Of a stretch of DNA of 64,000 nucleotides, positions 10,891 through 20,907 are shown piece after piece. The DNA is taken from assembly GCA_963799485.1 (NCBI GenBank), contig CAWCXJ010000009.1, positions 64,001-128,000 of the forward strand, in the 5' to 3' direction. Positions within the stretch are counted from its first letter, which is position 1. Every line of letters begins with the position of its first letter. This DNA comes from an uncultured Trueperaceae bacterium. GTDB taxonomy: Bacteria; Deinococcota; Deinococci; Deinococcales; Trueperaceae. The notes under the pieces were generated by a model. That model searched no databases, was not told where the DNA came from, and was given only the letters and a program-made list of their open reading frames with translations. A program made the translations under genes and the position numbers.

Positions 10891-13800
10891 CCCTCCCCAC
10901 CGCCGTGACCAGAGGCTTGACCTTTATACTCGGGCTTAGTTTTGCGTTTTTGCCTGCTTACGGCCCGTTTATCGGCCTGTTGACGCTGGTGCTGGGGCGC
11001 TGGGCGCTGCGCCGCTCCGACCTGCTCTGGTGGGGCGCGGCGCTCCTGCTGGCGCTGCCGCTCGGGGTTCACCAGGGGTTGCGCGGTTTCGTCTTCGGTA
11101 CCTTGCAAATCCTCGCACCGTGGCTGCTCTACCGGGCGTTCGCCAAACTGCACGCCTCACGGGTGAGGCTCGCGTCGTCGTGGATTGGTATCGGGCTCTT
11201 GACGGGCCTGGGCCTTATCGTCGCGTTGGGTCTTTACCGCGCTCTGGGCGGTTTTATCGACCCCCTGTTCTGGCGCGAACCGTTCTGGCGTGAACCCCTG
11301 CACGCGCAGCCGCAGGGCAGCCTGTTCGGTCATATGGTGCTGACCTTGGGAGCCCTGGTCGCGGTTTTACTCCCCCGCCTGCGCTGGCAACTCCTCAGCC
11401 TGACGCTCTCGGCGCTCGGCGTACTTATTTCAGGCAGCCGTGAGGCGGCGCTTGCCTGGATTGTCGTCGCGGCAGCCTTGACGGTCGTCGGGCAAGCAAG
11501 AACCCCGCACGCTCCCCGGGTGCCCCGCAGACGCCTTGTGACGGGTGCGTCTGTCGTTACGATTCTGATCGGGGTCGCGCTTTTGGGGCCGCTTTTCGGT
11601 TGGGGTAACGCGGGCTTTTTGATCGACGTGGCGCCGGCCCCTGCCGAAGACAAAAACCTTCTGCAAGGTACCGAGGTCGTCCCCGGCGATTGGTGGAACG
11701 CGGTCGGGGTTGCTGTTCAAGACCGTCAGCTGAGTTTTAGCGACGACTCTCTAACGGGGTACCTTATTCGTAAAACAAAACCCGAGGCTACCGCCCGTTT
11801 ACAGCAAGTCGTCTCCTTGACGCGCGGCGAACCCTACACGGTCAGTCTCTGGTTGTGGGCGGACAACCAGCGACTCGAGCCCGGTGTCCTAATTCGCGCA
11901 CAGACACCGAACGGCGGTGAAACTTTTTTTATGCAGGGTGCGCTGATTCCGGCGTCTGGCGTACCGAGCAGGGTACCGGGAAACGCTTCGACCGACTGGC
12001 AGGCGGTTGCGACAGGGCCGGGGCGGGTACTCGATGCGGGCATTTTAGCGACCAAGGGCCTCTGGAACCGTGTTTACGTGACGTTCGTTTACGAGGGTAA
12101 CGCGCCCGAACTAGGCGGTTGGCTCGGGTTTGCGCCCGACCAGCGCCCGCAAGCGGATTCAGAAGCGGCGTTCGCCGGGTTACAACTCGAGCAGGGTCTG
12201 ACCCCGACGCCCTACACGCCGGGGGCCGTCGCGCAGGGTCTCAGCTTGCAGCGTACCCGCATTACCCTCTGGCAGACCGCCTGGGCGGGTTTTATCGCCT
12301 CGCCGCTATGGGGTCAAGCAGACGACTTCGCCACCTTTTTTCAGGCACGCTGGCCCGACGGTGAAGCACCCTCGCACGCGCACTCGTTGCCGCTGCAAGT
12401 TTTGTTCGAGCGGGGGCTTTTCGGCTTTGCCGGGCTGCTCCTCTTTCTGGTGGCGCTCGGTTACGTCGCGGTGCAAAAGGGTGACGCGGCCTTCGTCGCC
12501 GTGCTGAGCGCCCTGCTAGCCGCCAACATGTTCGACGTGACGCTCTTCTCCGGACAGATTCTCTATCCACTGGCAGCCGTCGCGGGCTGGCGGGCCGCCG
12601 CCTACCGCGATACCCGCGCGGGCGAACGCGACAGCGCGATGCGGCAGCTCGGCGTCCGGGTCGCCTTGATGCTGACCGACTTCGTAATGGTGCTGCTGGC
12701 TTTTAACCTGGCGATTTTGCTGCGGCAGTGGGGGACAGGCTGGTTCGGTCTAAACCCGATCAACCCGCAATCTGCGCCCCTCGAGCTGACCCGTTACGCG
12801 CTGCTCCTCTGGCCCGCACTGGCCTGGCGCGAAGGGCTCTATCCCGGTTACGGCCTTACCGAACCTCAAGAACTCCGCAAGCAGATCGTCAGCGCTGCCT
12901 ACGCCGGATTTATCTTGATCGTCGGTACTGTACTTTTTAACCGTGAACTGACGATTCCCCGGTCGATCTTGCTCCTCACTATCTTTTTGAGCATGGTTTT
13001 TACCCCTATCGGTCGCGCCGTGATGAAACGGCTTTTACACCGGATGCACCTGTGGGGGCGCGCGGTCGTGATCTTGGGCGCAGGGCAGGCGGGGGCGCGG
13101 GTGGCGCGGGCGCTAAGCAAAAGCCCCCTGGACGGCCTCCACCCGGTCGCTTTTTTCGATGATGACTCCGAAAAACAGGGCCGGGTGCTAGAAGGTTTGA
13201 GAGTACGCGGCAAACTCGCCGACGCCGACCTTTACGCTATGCGGCGCGGTGTGCAGCACGCCATCGTGGCAATCCCGACCGCGACGCCGCAACTTTTGGG
13301 TGGCCTTATCAACACGCGGGGCCGCATCTTCCGGCGCGTGCAGTTTATCCCCGATCTGGTCAACCTGCCCTCGCAAGGCGTTTTTGCCAGCGACTTGGAC
13401 GGGATGCTCGCGCTCGAGGTCAGGCTTGGTCTCTACTCACGCGTCAACCAAAACGTCAAACGGGCGGTCGATTTGCTCGGCGGCGTAGTCGGTGGCCTCT
13501 TGATCTCACCGGTTTTGCTCGCGCTCGCCCTCTGGGTGCGCTTCGACAGCCCCGGTTCGTCGTTCTACTGGAGCACCCGCATCGGGCAAAAAGGCAAGCC
13601 GTTTAAGTGCCTCAAGTTTCGCAGCATGTACATTGACGCCGACGAACGTTTGCAAAAGATGATGCGCGACGACCCGGCGGTGCGGCTCGAGTACGAACGC
13701 TTTCACAAGCTCGCGAACGACCCCCGCATCACCCGCGCAGGCGCGTTTATCCGCAACTACAGTCTTGACGAACTCACACAGCTTTTCAACGTCGTCAAAG

Positions 13801-14054
13801 GCGAGATGAGTCTCGTCGGGCCGCGCCCGTATCTGGTACAAGAACTCCCCGACATGCGCGGCCTTCAAGACGTGATTTTAGAAGCCAAACCGGGGATGAC
13901 CGGGTTTTGGCAGGTCACGGGCCGCAGCGACGTGACTTTTAGTGAACGGCTCGAGATGGAATCGCAGTATGTTCGCAACTGGTCTTTATGGTGGGACATC
14001 GTTTTGCTGGTTAAAACCGTTACCGTTGTTTTGGCGCGGCGCGGCGCGCGTTAA
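10887..14054 (+). CDS. Fusion: O-antigen-ligase-like module with inserted carbohydrate-binding-like domain plus WbaP-type undecaprenyl-phosphate sugar phosphotransferase
   Basis: N-half has SGSREA, R..LW.....F...PLWG and HAHSLPLQVLFERG. C-half has VILGAG..G Rossmann-like domain, KRAVD, KFRSM, DPRIT, SLDEL and SLVGPRP..KPGMTGFWQV. One uninterrupted 1055-aa ORF. Confidence 0.85.
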   Translation: MTLPTAVTRGLTFILGLSFAFLPAYGPFIGLLTLVLGRWALRRSDLLWWGAALLLALPLGVHQGLRGFVFGTLQILAPWLLYRAFAKLHASRVRLASSWIGIGLLTGLGLIVALGLYRALGGFIDPLFWREPFWREPLHAQPQGSLFGHMVLTLGALVAVLLPRLRWQLLSLTLSALGVLISGSREAALAWIVVAAALTVVGQARTPHAPRVPRRRLVTGASVVTILIGVALLGPLFGWGNAGFLIDVAPAPAEDKNLLQGTEVVPGDWWNAVGVAVQDRQLSFSDDSLTGYLIRKTKPEATARLQQVVSLTRGEPYTVSLWLWADNQRLEPGVLIRAQTPNGGETFFMQGALIPASGVPSRVPGNASTDWQAVATGPGRVLDAGILATKGLWNRVYVTFVYEGNAPELGGWLGFAPDQRPQADSEAAFAGLQLEQGLTPTPYTPGAVAQGLSLQRTRITLWQTAWAGFIASPLWGQADDFATFFQARWPDGEAPSHAHSLPLQVLFERGLFGFAGLLLFLVALGYVAVQKGDAAFVAVLSALLAANMFDVTLFSGQILYPLAAVAGWRAAAYRDTRAGERDSAMRQLGVRVALMLTDFVMVLLAFNLAILLRQWGTGWFGLNPINPQSAPLELTRYALLLWPALAWREGLYPGYGLTEPQELRKQIVSAAYAGFILIVGTVLFNRELTIPRSILLLTIFLSMVFTPIGRAVMKRLLHRMHLWGRAVVILGAGQAGARVARALSKSPLDGLHPVAFFDDDSEKQGRVLEGLRVRGKLADADLYAMRRGVQHAIVAIPTATPQLLGGLINTRGRIFRRVQFIPDLVNLPSQGVFASDLDGMLALEVRLGLYSRVNQNVKRAVDLLGGVVGGLLISPVLLALALWVRFDSPGSSFYWSTRIGQKGKPFKCLKFRSMYIDADERLQKMMRDDPAVRLEYERFHKLANDPRITRAGAFIRNYSLDELTQLFNVVKGEMSLVGPRPYLVQELPDMRGLQDVILEAKPGMTGFWQVTGRSDVTFSERLEMESQYVRNWSLWWDIVLLVKTVTVVLARRGAR

Positions 14055-14082
14055 GTACGACCTCGGATGATAAGGTGAACCT

Positions 14083-14976
14083 ATGAAAGGCATTATCCTG
14101 GCAGGGGGCTCAGGGACGCGCCTCTACCCCGCGACGCGGGGCGTCAGCAAACAGCTCATCCCGATCTTCGACAAACCGATGGTGTACTACCCGATTTCGG
14201 TTTTGCTGCTCGCCGACATCCGCGAGATTTTGGTGATCACCACGCCTTTCGACTTGCCGAGTTTTCAGCGACTTCTGGGCGACGGCTCACAGTGGGGTGT
14301 GACGTTTTCCTACGCTGAACAAGCCGAACCCAGGGGGCTGGCGCAGGCGCTTACCCTCGGGCGTGAATTCGTCGGTGATGAGGCCGTTTGTCTCGTTTTA
14401 GGCGACAATATCTTTTTCGGACAGAGCTTTTCACAGCAGCTTCAGCGGGCTGCCGGGCGGGTCGAGACGGCGGGCGGCGCGACGGTGTTTGGTTATTACG
14501 TGCGTGACCCGGAGCGCTACGGCGTCGTCGAGTTAGACCCTCACGGGCAAGCGGTCAGCTTGGAGGAAAAACCCAGCCAACCCAAATCCAATTACGCGCT
14601 GACCGGGCTTTACTTTTACGACAACCGGGCGCTAGCTATCGCTGCCGGGCTTTCCCCCTCGTCACGCGGTGAGTTGGAAATCACCGACGTCAATAACGTC
14701 TACCTAAAGCGCGGTGAACTGCGCGTCGAGCTTTTAGGGCGCGGCATGGCGTGGCTCGATACCGGTACACACGAATCGCTTTTGCAGGCTTGCAATTTCG
14801 TCGAAACCATCGAAGCGCGGCAGGGGCTCAAAGTCGCGTGTTTAGAAGAGATTGCCTATCGTAAAGGCTGGATTAGCGCCGACGAGGTTGCAGAACTTGC
14901 CGAGCCGATGGCAAAAACGGGCTACGGGCAGTATTTGCTCGAGCTTGTCCAGCGTCGTCCGGGTGAGCGCCCGTGA
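14083..14976 (+). CDS. rfbA: Glucose-1-phosphate thymidylyltransferase
   Basis: [32 protein letters not shown] and WLDTGT motifs. Confidence 0.97.
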   Translation: MKGIILAGGSGTRLYPATRGVSKQLIPIFDKPMVYYPISVLLLADIREILVITTPFDLPSFQRLLGDGSQWGVTFSYAEQAEPRGLAQALTLGREFVGDEAVCLVLGDNIFFGQSFSQQLQRAAGRVETAGGATVFGYYVRDPERYGVVELDPHGQAVSLEEKPSQPKSNYALTGLYFYDNRALAIAAGLSPSSRGELEITDVNNVYLKRGELRVELLGRGMAWLDTGTHESLLQACNFVETIEARQGLKVACLEEIAYRKGWISADEVAELAEPMAKTGYGQYLLELVQRRPGERP

Positions 14977-15698
14977 TTTTGCTAACCGGCGGTAGCGGAC
15001 GCTTGGGTACGGAGTTGCAAGGCCTGCTCCCGGACGTTGTTGCGCCGCCGAGCGACGAACTCGATTTGACCCAACCCGAAAGTATCGCAGCGACGCTGGA
15101 AAAATATCGCCCGCGCACTGTTGTTCACGCCGCCGCCTATACCGACGTAAAAGGAGCCGAAACCGACCGGGTACGCTGCTGGGCCGTGAATGTCGGCGGT
15201 ACGCGCAATCTGGTCAAGGCGTTGGGGGCTACGCCGCTCATCCATATCTCGACCGATTACGTTTTTTACGGCGATACCGGTGGTTACACCGAAGACGACC
15301 CTGTAGGCCCGGTTAGAAACTACTACGCTCTGTCCAAACTCGTTGCCGAAGAGGTCGCGCGGGTTGCGCCGCGTCACCTCGTCATCCGCACGAGTTTCCG
15401 GCCCCGCGAATGGCCCTACAAGGCGGCGTTTGAAGACGTGTATACGAGTCAGGATTACGTAGACGTGATTGCGCCTGAGGTCGCTCTAGCCGTTCGCCAC
15501 CTGGACGCGGTTCCCTTCGATACGCTGCACATCGCCACCGAGCGCAAGAGCGTGTATGAACTGGCGCGTAGGCGGAAGGGCTCGGTCGAACCGGGTTCAA
15601 AAACCGCTGCAGGTGTCGATTTACCCGATGATATCAGCCTTGATACGCAGCGGTGGCGCGACATCCGGCTGCAACTCGCCGCAAAGGACTCCTTATGA
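14973..15698 (+). CDS. rfbD: dTDP-4-dehydrorhamnose reductase
   Basis: [24 protein letters not shown] and YALSK motifs. Confidence 0.9.
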   Translation: MILLTGGSGRLGTELQGLLPDVVAPPSDELDLTQPESIAATLEKYRPRTVVHAAAYTDVKGAETDRVRCWAVNVGGTRNLVKALGATPLIHISTDYVFYGDTGGYTEDDPVGPVRNYYALSKLVAEEVARVAPRHLVIRTSFRPREWPYKAAFEDVYTSQDYVDVIAPEVALAVRHLDAVPFDTLHIATERKSVYELARRRKGSVEPGSKTAAGVDLPDDISLDTQRWRDIRLQLAAKDSL

Positions 15699-15714
15699 CC
15701 CACAGGACTTTTTT

Positions 15715-16251
15715 ATGACTAAGTTGTCAGACGCCGCTACGCGCGCGCTCACCTTTCAAGACTATCCGCCCGCTCCTGCGGTAGAGGGGATATGGCTTCA
15801 CAAACTCCAAAAGCGGCGCAGCGACAACGGCTTTTTTATGGAATACGCCCGCGTCACCGGGGGCAGCGCCGAAAACCTGCCTGCTGCTTTCGACCTGCGG
15901 CAGCTGAGCGTGTCACGGGCTGAGCCGGGCCGTATCAACGCCTTTCACATCCACCCGAACGAACCGCAAAACGAACTCTGGACAGTGATAGACGGGCAGC
16001 TTAAAGTCTGGCTCATCGACCTCCGCGCCGGTTCCCAAACCGAGGGCAACCGGCGCGCGGTAGTGCTTTCCGGCGAGGAGCCCGCGCAGCTCTACATCCC
16101 GGCGGGCGTCGCGCACGGCTATCGGGCGGGGCCGAACGGGGCGCTGCTACTTTACGCGATGACTCAGCAGTTCAATCTGGAAAATCCCAACGAAGGGCGT
16201 TTGCCGTGGGACTTTTTCGGTGCGGACTTGTGGGCGGAGGACAAGGGATGA
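15715..16251 (+). CDS. rfbC: dTDP-4-dehydrorhamnose 3,5-epimerase
   Basis: Cupin motifs GFFME, AFHIH, LIDLR.GS and IPAGVAHGY. ATG 15715 follows an AGGA. Confidence 0.88.
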   Translation: MTKLSDAATRALTFQDYPPAPAVEGIWLHKLQKRRSDNGFFMEYARVTGGSAENLPAAFDLRQLSVSRAEPGRINAFHIHPNEPQNELWTVIDGQLKVWLIDLRAGSQTEGNRRAVVLSGEEPAQLYIPAGVAHGYRAGPNGALLLYAMTQQFNLENPNEGRLPWDFFGADLWAEDKG

Positions 16252-17255
16252 ACAAACTTTTAGTGACCGGTGGGCTTGGTTTTATCGGCTCGAGCTACAT
16301 CCGCCTGCTTTTGACCGAACATGCAGACCTCAGCGTTGTCAACCTAGACCTGATGACCTATGCGGCCAACCCCGCAACCCTAAAAGACTTTGAAAACGAT
16401 CCGCGCTACAGCTTCGTGAGGGGTGATATTGCCGACCCCGACGCGGTAGCCCAGGCACTCATGGGTTGTGACGCCGTGGTCAACTTCGCTGCTGAAACAC
16501 ACGTCGACCGTTCGATTCAAAACGCCGCGCCGTTTATCCGCTCGAACGTCGAAGGCGTAAGAGTGCTTTTGGAAGCAGCCCGCGAACATAACATCCGTCT
16601 GCTTCACGTCTCCACCGATGAAGTTTACGGCGAAGTGCAGACGGGTTTTAGCCGTGAAGACGACGCCTTTCGCCCGCGCAGTCCCTACAGCGCTTCAAAG
16701 GCGGGCGGCGACCTGCTCGTGCAGGCGTACAACACGACTTACGGCGTGGACACGGTGATTACGCGCGGCAGCAACAACTACGGCACGCACCAGTTTCCCG
16801 AGAAAATCATCCCGCTCTTTATCACCAACGCGCTCGACGACCTGCCGCTCCCTGTTTACGGGTCGGGTCGGGCTATCCGCGACTATATTTTCGTCACCGA
16901 CCACGCGCGCGGTATTCACGCGGCGCTCCTTAACGGCAAAAGCGGTGAGGCGTACAACTTGGGCGGGCAAAACCAGACGGACGGGCTTACCGTCGCCCGA
17001 GTCGTCCTCAGCGCGCTCGGCAAACCCGAAACACTGATAACCCACGTTAGAGACCGCCCCGGACACGATTACCGCTACGCCCTCGAGATTGCCAAAGCGC
17101 AACGTGAGCTGGGCTGGAGTCCGAAAGTTACCTTTGCAGAGGGTATTGCCAAGGCCATAAGCTGGTACGAAGCGAACCGCGCCTGGTGGCAGCGCAGCAA
17201 GGCGGAGCAGGCGGCGTACTTTACGGCGCAGTATGTGGGGCGGGGTAAGGGTTAA
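16248..17255 (+). CDS. rfbB: dTDP-glucose 4,6-dehydratase
   Basis: TGGLGFIGS, FAAETHVDRS, HVSTDEVYG, SPYSASK and DRPGHD motifs. Confidence 0.96.
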   Translation: MNKLLVTGGLGFIGSSYIRLLLTEHADLSVVNLDLMTYAANPATLKDFENDPRYSFVRGDIADPDAVAQALMGCDAVVNFAAETHVDRSIQNAAPFIRSNVEGVRVLLEAAREHNIRLLHVSTDEVYGEVQTGFSREDDAFRPRSPYSASKAGGDLLVQAYNTTYGVDTVITRGSNNYGTHQFPEKIIPLFITNALDDLPLPVYGSGRAIRDYIFVTDHARGIHAALLNGKSGEAYNLGGQNQTDGLTVARVVLSALGKPETLITHVRDRPGHDYRYALEIAKAQRELGWSPKVTFAEGIAKAISWYEANRAWWQRSKAEQAAYFTAQYVGRGKG

Positions 17256-17357
17256 ATGACGGCTGGACGGTGAGCGTTACGTGGTAGAGATTAGCTTATG
17301 AAGTCGGTACCGGGCCAAGCAACGACGCAAAAAGACAAACGCAGTAGACTGGAACGT

Positions 17358-18179
17358 GTGACGCCGCCTGTTTCTTCCGTTCAGCGTGTTATGGGCGTCT
17401 GGCACAAGCTGACCGGACCACTTTACTGGCTTTATGAAGGAAGGCTCGAGCGCAGCGTTCGGCGCGGCCCCTTACCCAAACACATCGGTCTGATTATGGA
17501 CGGCAACCGCCGTTTTGCCAAAAGTATCGGTTTGGATATCGCAACCGGGCACGACTACGGCGCGGGCAAGGCGCGGGAAGTGCTCGAGTGGTGCTTCGAC
17601 CTAGGAATTCGTCATGTGACCCTTTGGGGATTTAGCAGCGACAACCGGGGCCGCGCCGTAACCGAGGTGTCGCACCTGCACAGCCTGTTCGCGCGGCAGG
17701 CCCGGATGATGGTCGAAGACCCGAAAATCCATAAAAACCGGGTGCGGGTGCGGGTTATCGGCGACACCTCCGACTTTCCGGGCGATGTGAAAGCAGCTTT
17801 GCAAGAAGTCGAGGTAGCAACGGCACACTACAACGAGCGGCAGCTTAACGTCGCAATTGGTTACGGCGGGCGTGAGGAGATCGTCGTAGCGGTGCAAAAC
17901 CTCTTGCGTGAACAAGCCCTCGGGGTTAAAAGCATCGCCGAACTCGCGCAAAAGATTACTGCCGACGAAATCGAGCGGCACCTCTACACTGCAGGTTCGC
18001 CCGACCCGGACTTTATCGTCCGCACCTCCGGCGAAGTTCGTTTGTCGGGTTTTTTGCTGTGGCAAGCCGCGTACAGCGAGTACTATTTTTGTGACGCCTT
18101 CTGGCCGAGTTTCCGGCGTGTCGATTTTTTGCGGGCCTTGAGGAGTTTTCAGGCGCGTGAACGGCGTTTCGGCCGCTAA
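17358..18179 (+). CDS. uppS: Undecaprenyl/polyprenyl diphosphate synthase (cis-prenyltransferase)
   Basis: HIGLIMDGNRR, YGGR.E, PDF.VRTSGE.RLSGFLLWQ and RERRFG motifs. Start moved to GTG 17358, 7 nt after a TAGACT box (alternative ATG 17298). Confidence 0.92.
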   Translation: MTPPVSSVQRVMGVWHKLTGPLYWLYEGRLERSVRRGPLPKHIGLIMDGNRRFAKSIGLDIATGHDYGAGKAREVLEWCFDLGIRHVTLWGFSSDNRGRAVTEVSHLHSLFARQARMMVEDPKIHKNRVRVRVIGDTSDFPGDVKAALQEVEVATAHYNERQLNVAIGYGGREEIVVAVQNLLREQALGVKSIAELAQKITADEIERHLYTAGSPDPDFIVRTSGEVRLSGFLLWQAAYSEYYFCDAFWPSFRRVDFLRALRSFQARERRFGR

Positions 18180-18217
18180 CATCTGCAAAAGTTAAACGCC
18201 AATTAAAGGGGTATCAG

Positions 18218-18730
18218 ATGATGAAATACGCTGAGATCGTCAGTTTCGAAAAGTTTGACACCTTGCGGGAATCGCTGGGCCGGATCGTCTGCACCTCGGG
18301 AGGCTTCGACCCGCTCCATCCCGGACACGCAAGCTGCCTGATCGAGTCGAAACAGTACGGCGACACGCTCGTCGTCGTCGTCAACGGCGACGCCTTCCTC
18401 AAGGCCAAAAAAGGCCGCCCGTTCATGGACTTGGCGACGCGTTCGGCGGTCGTCTCGTGTATCCGCGAGGTCGATTACGTCGTGCCGTTTGAAATCGAAA
18501 ACGATTCGACCGTCCGCGAAGCGCTCCGGCAGCTTAAACCACACGTGTTTACCAAAGGCGGCGACCGCGTAGACCATACCAACATCCCCGAGTGGGACGT
18601 GTGCGAAAAGCTCGGGATCGAGGTCGTTTCGGGCGTGGGGCTTGACAAAGCGTGGAGCAGCTCGAACTTTCTCAAAGAGTGGTCGAACTACTCGGTGAGA
18701 AGCGCACTGACCTCTTACCTTGGAGAATAA
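18218..18730 (+). CDS. Cytidylyl/adenylyltransferase-like protein (TagD/RfaE C-terminal family)
   Basis: SGGFDPLHPGH (HxGH), VVVVNGD, KKGRPF, FTKGGD and SSS motifs. Confidence 0.85.
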   Translation: MMKYAEIVSFEKFDTLRESLGRIVCTSGGFDPLHPGHASCLIESKQYGDTLVVVVNGDAFLKAKKGRPFMDLATRSAVVSCIREVDYVVPFEIENDSTVREALRQLKPHVFTKGGDRVDHTNIPEWDVCEKLGIEVVSGVGLDKAWSSSNFLKEWSNYSVRSALTSYLGE

Positions 18731-18881
18731 AGGTTTTGATTTTGTAGTCCCTGTATTCAAAAACTACGACGCTACCTCGAGAATGTGCGTTTTGACCAGC
18801 TTTGCTGTTGGAAAGACACAACCGACCAGACGATAGCCGCCAGGTAACATTTGCAAACAGGGCGTGCTTATACTTAAGGTC

Positions 18882-20201
18882 ATGACCGACCTTACGGCGC
18901 TTACGCTTACGCAGCTTGCCCACGCGTACCGAGCCGGCGAGCTGCGCCCCGGCAGGGTTACCGAGGCGTATCTGGCGAAAATAAAGCCCGGCCCTGTCTA
19001 CCGCCTCGTCACCGCTGAAAGGGCGCGGGCGCAGGCGGCGAGGGCCGACGCACTGTTTGCCGCAGGCACCGATCTAGGCCCGCTGCAAGGCGTGCCGCTG
19101 GCCCTTAAAGACCTGATGGACACAGCCGGTGACGTAACGGCAGCCGGGGCCGAGGTGTTCTTGTCCAATCCGCCTGCCGCACAAGATTGCCCGGCTGCCG
19201 CTCGCCTCGACGCGGCGGGCGCAGTGTTCTTGGGCAAAACCAACATGACCGAGCTGGCCTTTTCGGGACTCGGCCTAAACCCGCACTTCGGCACGCCGGA
19301 AAACCCTCTGGACAAGACGCGAGTTCCCGGGGGTTCGTCGTCGGGGGCCGGGGTTGCGGTGGCGTCGGGGTTGGCGTGCGCGGCGGTCGGTTCGGATACA
19401 GGTGGGTCGGTGCGAATTCCGGCGGCGTTTTGTGGTGTGATCGGGCTTAAAACGACCGACAAGCTCGTCCCGACCGAGGGCTGTGTGGCGCTCTCGACGA
19501 CGCTCGATACGCTCGGGCCGCTGACCCGCACTGCTGAAGATGCGTGGCACCTGCTGCGGGCGCTTTTGGGTGTGTCGCCCGCGCCTTTCGTCCCCACCGC
19601 GGTGGCAGGGCTGCGGATACTCGCGCCGACGACGGTGTTACAAGAAAACCTAGACGACGAGGTGGCGACGGCTTTTTCGCAAGTATGTACGCGGCTTACT
19701 AAACTTGGTGTCAGGCTCGAGACCCGGCCTCTATCCGTATTAGACGAACTGAACAGCCTTTATACACGTTTTGGCAGTTTTGCGGCGCTCGAGTCCCTGG
19801 CCATGCACGAAGACCTGCTCGAGCGCCGTAAACGTGCGTTTGACCCGCGCGTCGCGTCGCGCATCTTGCAGGGTCGGAGCCGCAGTGCGACCGACTATAT
19901 CCGTTTGGGGTTTGAACGAACCCGGTTGCAACGGGCGTTTTGGGAAGCGTGCGCCGAATTCGACGTGGTGTTGTCGCCGACCGTGGCTGCGCTGCCCCCG
20001 AAGTTGACCGACCTGGAAACTGACGACGCGTACTTCGCCGCCAACCGTCAGGTGCTGCGCAACACCACGGTGTTCAACCTTTTGGGTGTTCCGGCAGCGA
20101 GCGTGCCGTGTGCGCCGCTGGTCGGCGTATCGGTCGCTGCCAGGGCGGGGCAAGAGGAGCTGGTGCTGTCGGTCGCGGCGGCGCTTGAAGTCGGGCGTTA
20201 G
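18882..20201 (+). CDS. Amidase-signature family amidase
   Basis: GVPLALKD, GKTNMTE, PGGSSSG and GSDTGGSVRIPAA motifs. Leaderless ATG 7 nt after TATACT. Confidence 0.9.
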   Translation: MTDLTALTLTQLAHAYRAGELRPGRVTEAYLAKIKPGPVYRLVTAERARAQAARADALFAAGTDLGPLQGVPLALKDLMDTAGDVTAAGAEVFLSNPPAAQDCPAAARLDAAGAVFLGKTNMTELAFSGLGLNPHFGTPENPLDKTRVPGGSSSGAGVAVASGLACAAVGSDTGGSVRIPAAFCGVIGLKTTDKLVPTEGCVALSTTLDTLGPLTRTAEDAWHLLRALLGVSPAPFVPTAVAGLRILAPTTVLQENLDDEVATAFSQVCTRLTKLGVRLETRPLSVLDELNSLYTRFGSFAALESLAMHEDLLERRKRAFDPRVASRILQGRSRSATDYIRLGFERTRLQRAFWEACAEFDVVLSPTVAALPPKLTDLETDDAYFAANRQVLRNTTVFNLLGVPAASVPCAPLVGVSVAARAGQEELVLSVAAALEVGR

Positions 20202-20746
20202 TAAACTGCCGTACTGTCGAAAATTTGCGGCACCTGACCGGGTGGCGTGATAAAAAACTGGAGCGCGATCTCAAAGCGGGGCCCCTGAAAATACTCGAGC
20301 GTCAGCGGATACTCGCCCGCGTCCAGATAGACGCTTCCCTTTTTAAGCAGCGAGTCGTGCTGAAAATCGTTGTCGATAACGAGTTGTGAGCCGATGTAGA
20401 GCCTGGAGCCGTCGTCCGAGTTGAGCCCGAAAGTATAGCTTCCGGCGGTTTGAACCCGCAAGGTACCCTTGTACTGCAGGCCAAACCACTCGAGCCGGTC
20501 GGCGACCTCCGGAAACCCCTCTGTAAAGTCGCGCGGCGCAATATCTAAACTCGTCGTATAGATCGTTCCGACCGGGCTGAGCTCGGTAAAATCGGGAAGT
20601 TGCGCCGTATTTTCGGGTAAAAGATAGAGTTGACCGACCAACGCGCTGTCGATCACTTCAGGCGTACCAAAATTCTCGTCTTCGGCCGCGCAGGCCGTTA
20701 AGCCTACGAGAAAAACCAGACCCGGTAGCAGTAGATTTCGTTTCAC
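20198..20746 (-). CDS. PA14-domain lipoprotein
   Basis: GGAGG RBS before GTG 20746, lipobox LTAC, and PA14 motifs YTFGLNSDDGSRLYI..VIDND..H and YP..LEYFQG. Confidence 0.85.
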   Translation of the reverse strand: MKRNLLLPGLVFLVGLTACAAEDENFGTPEVIDSALVGQLYLLPENTAQLPDFTELSPVGTIYTTSLDIAPRDFTEGFPEVADRLEWFGLQYKGTLRVQTAGSYTFGLNSDDGSRLYIGSQLVIDNDFQHDSLLKKGSVYLDAGEYPLTLEYFQGPRFEIALQFFITPPGQVPQIFDSTAVY

Positions 20747-20907
20747 CCAACCTCCTCTAACGTGCTTTGCCTGAACAGCTTGGCTGAGGCGACTGTCGGT
20801 ATGTCCAGCCCAAGTAACCATAATGTCAGCTTGCCTCATATACCGGCCCTGACGTGTGGCTTATGTTGCATGTGGCGGTGTTCGGTCTTAAACGCTGTGG
20901 GCCGCGT

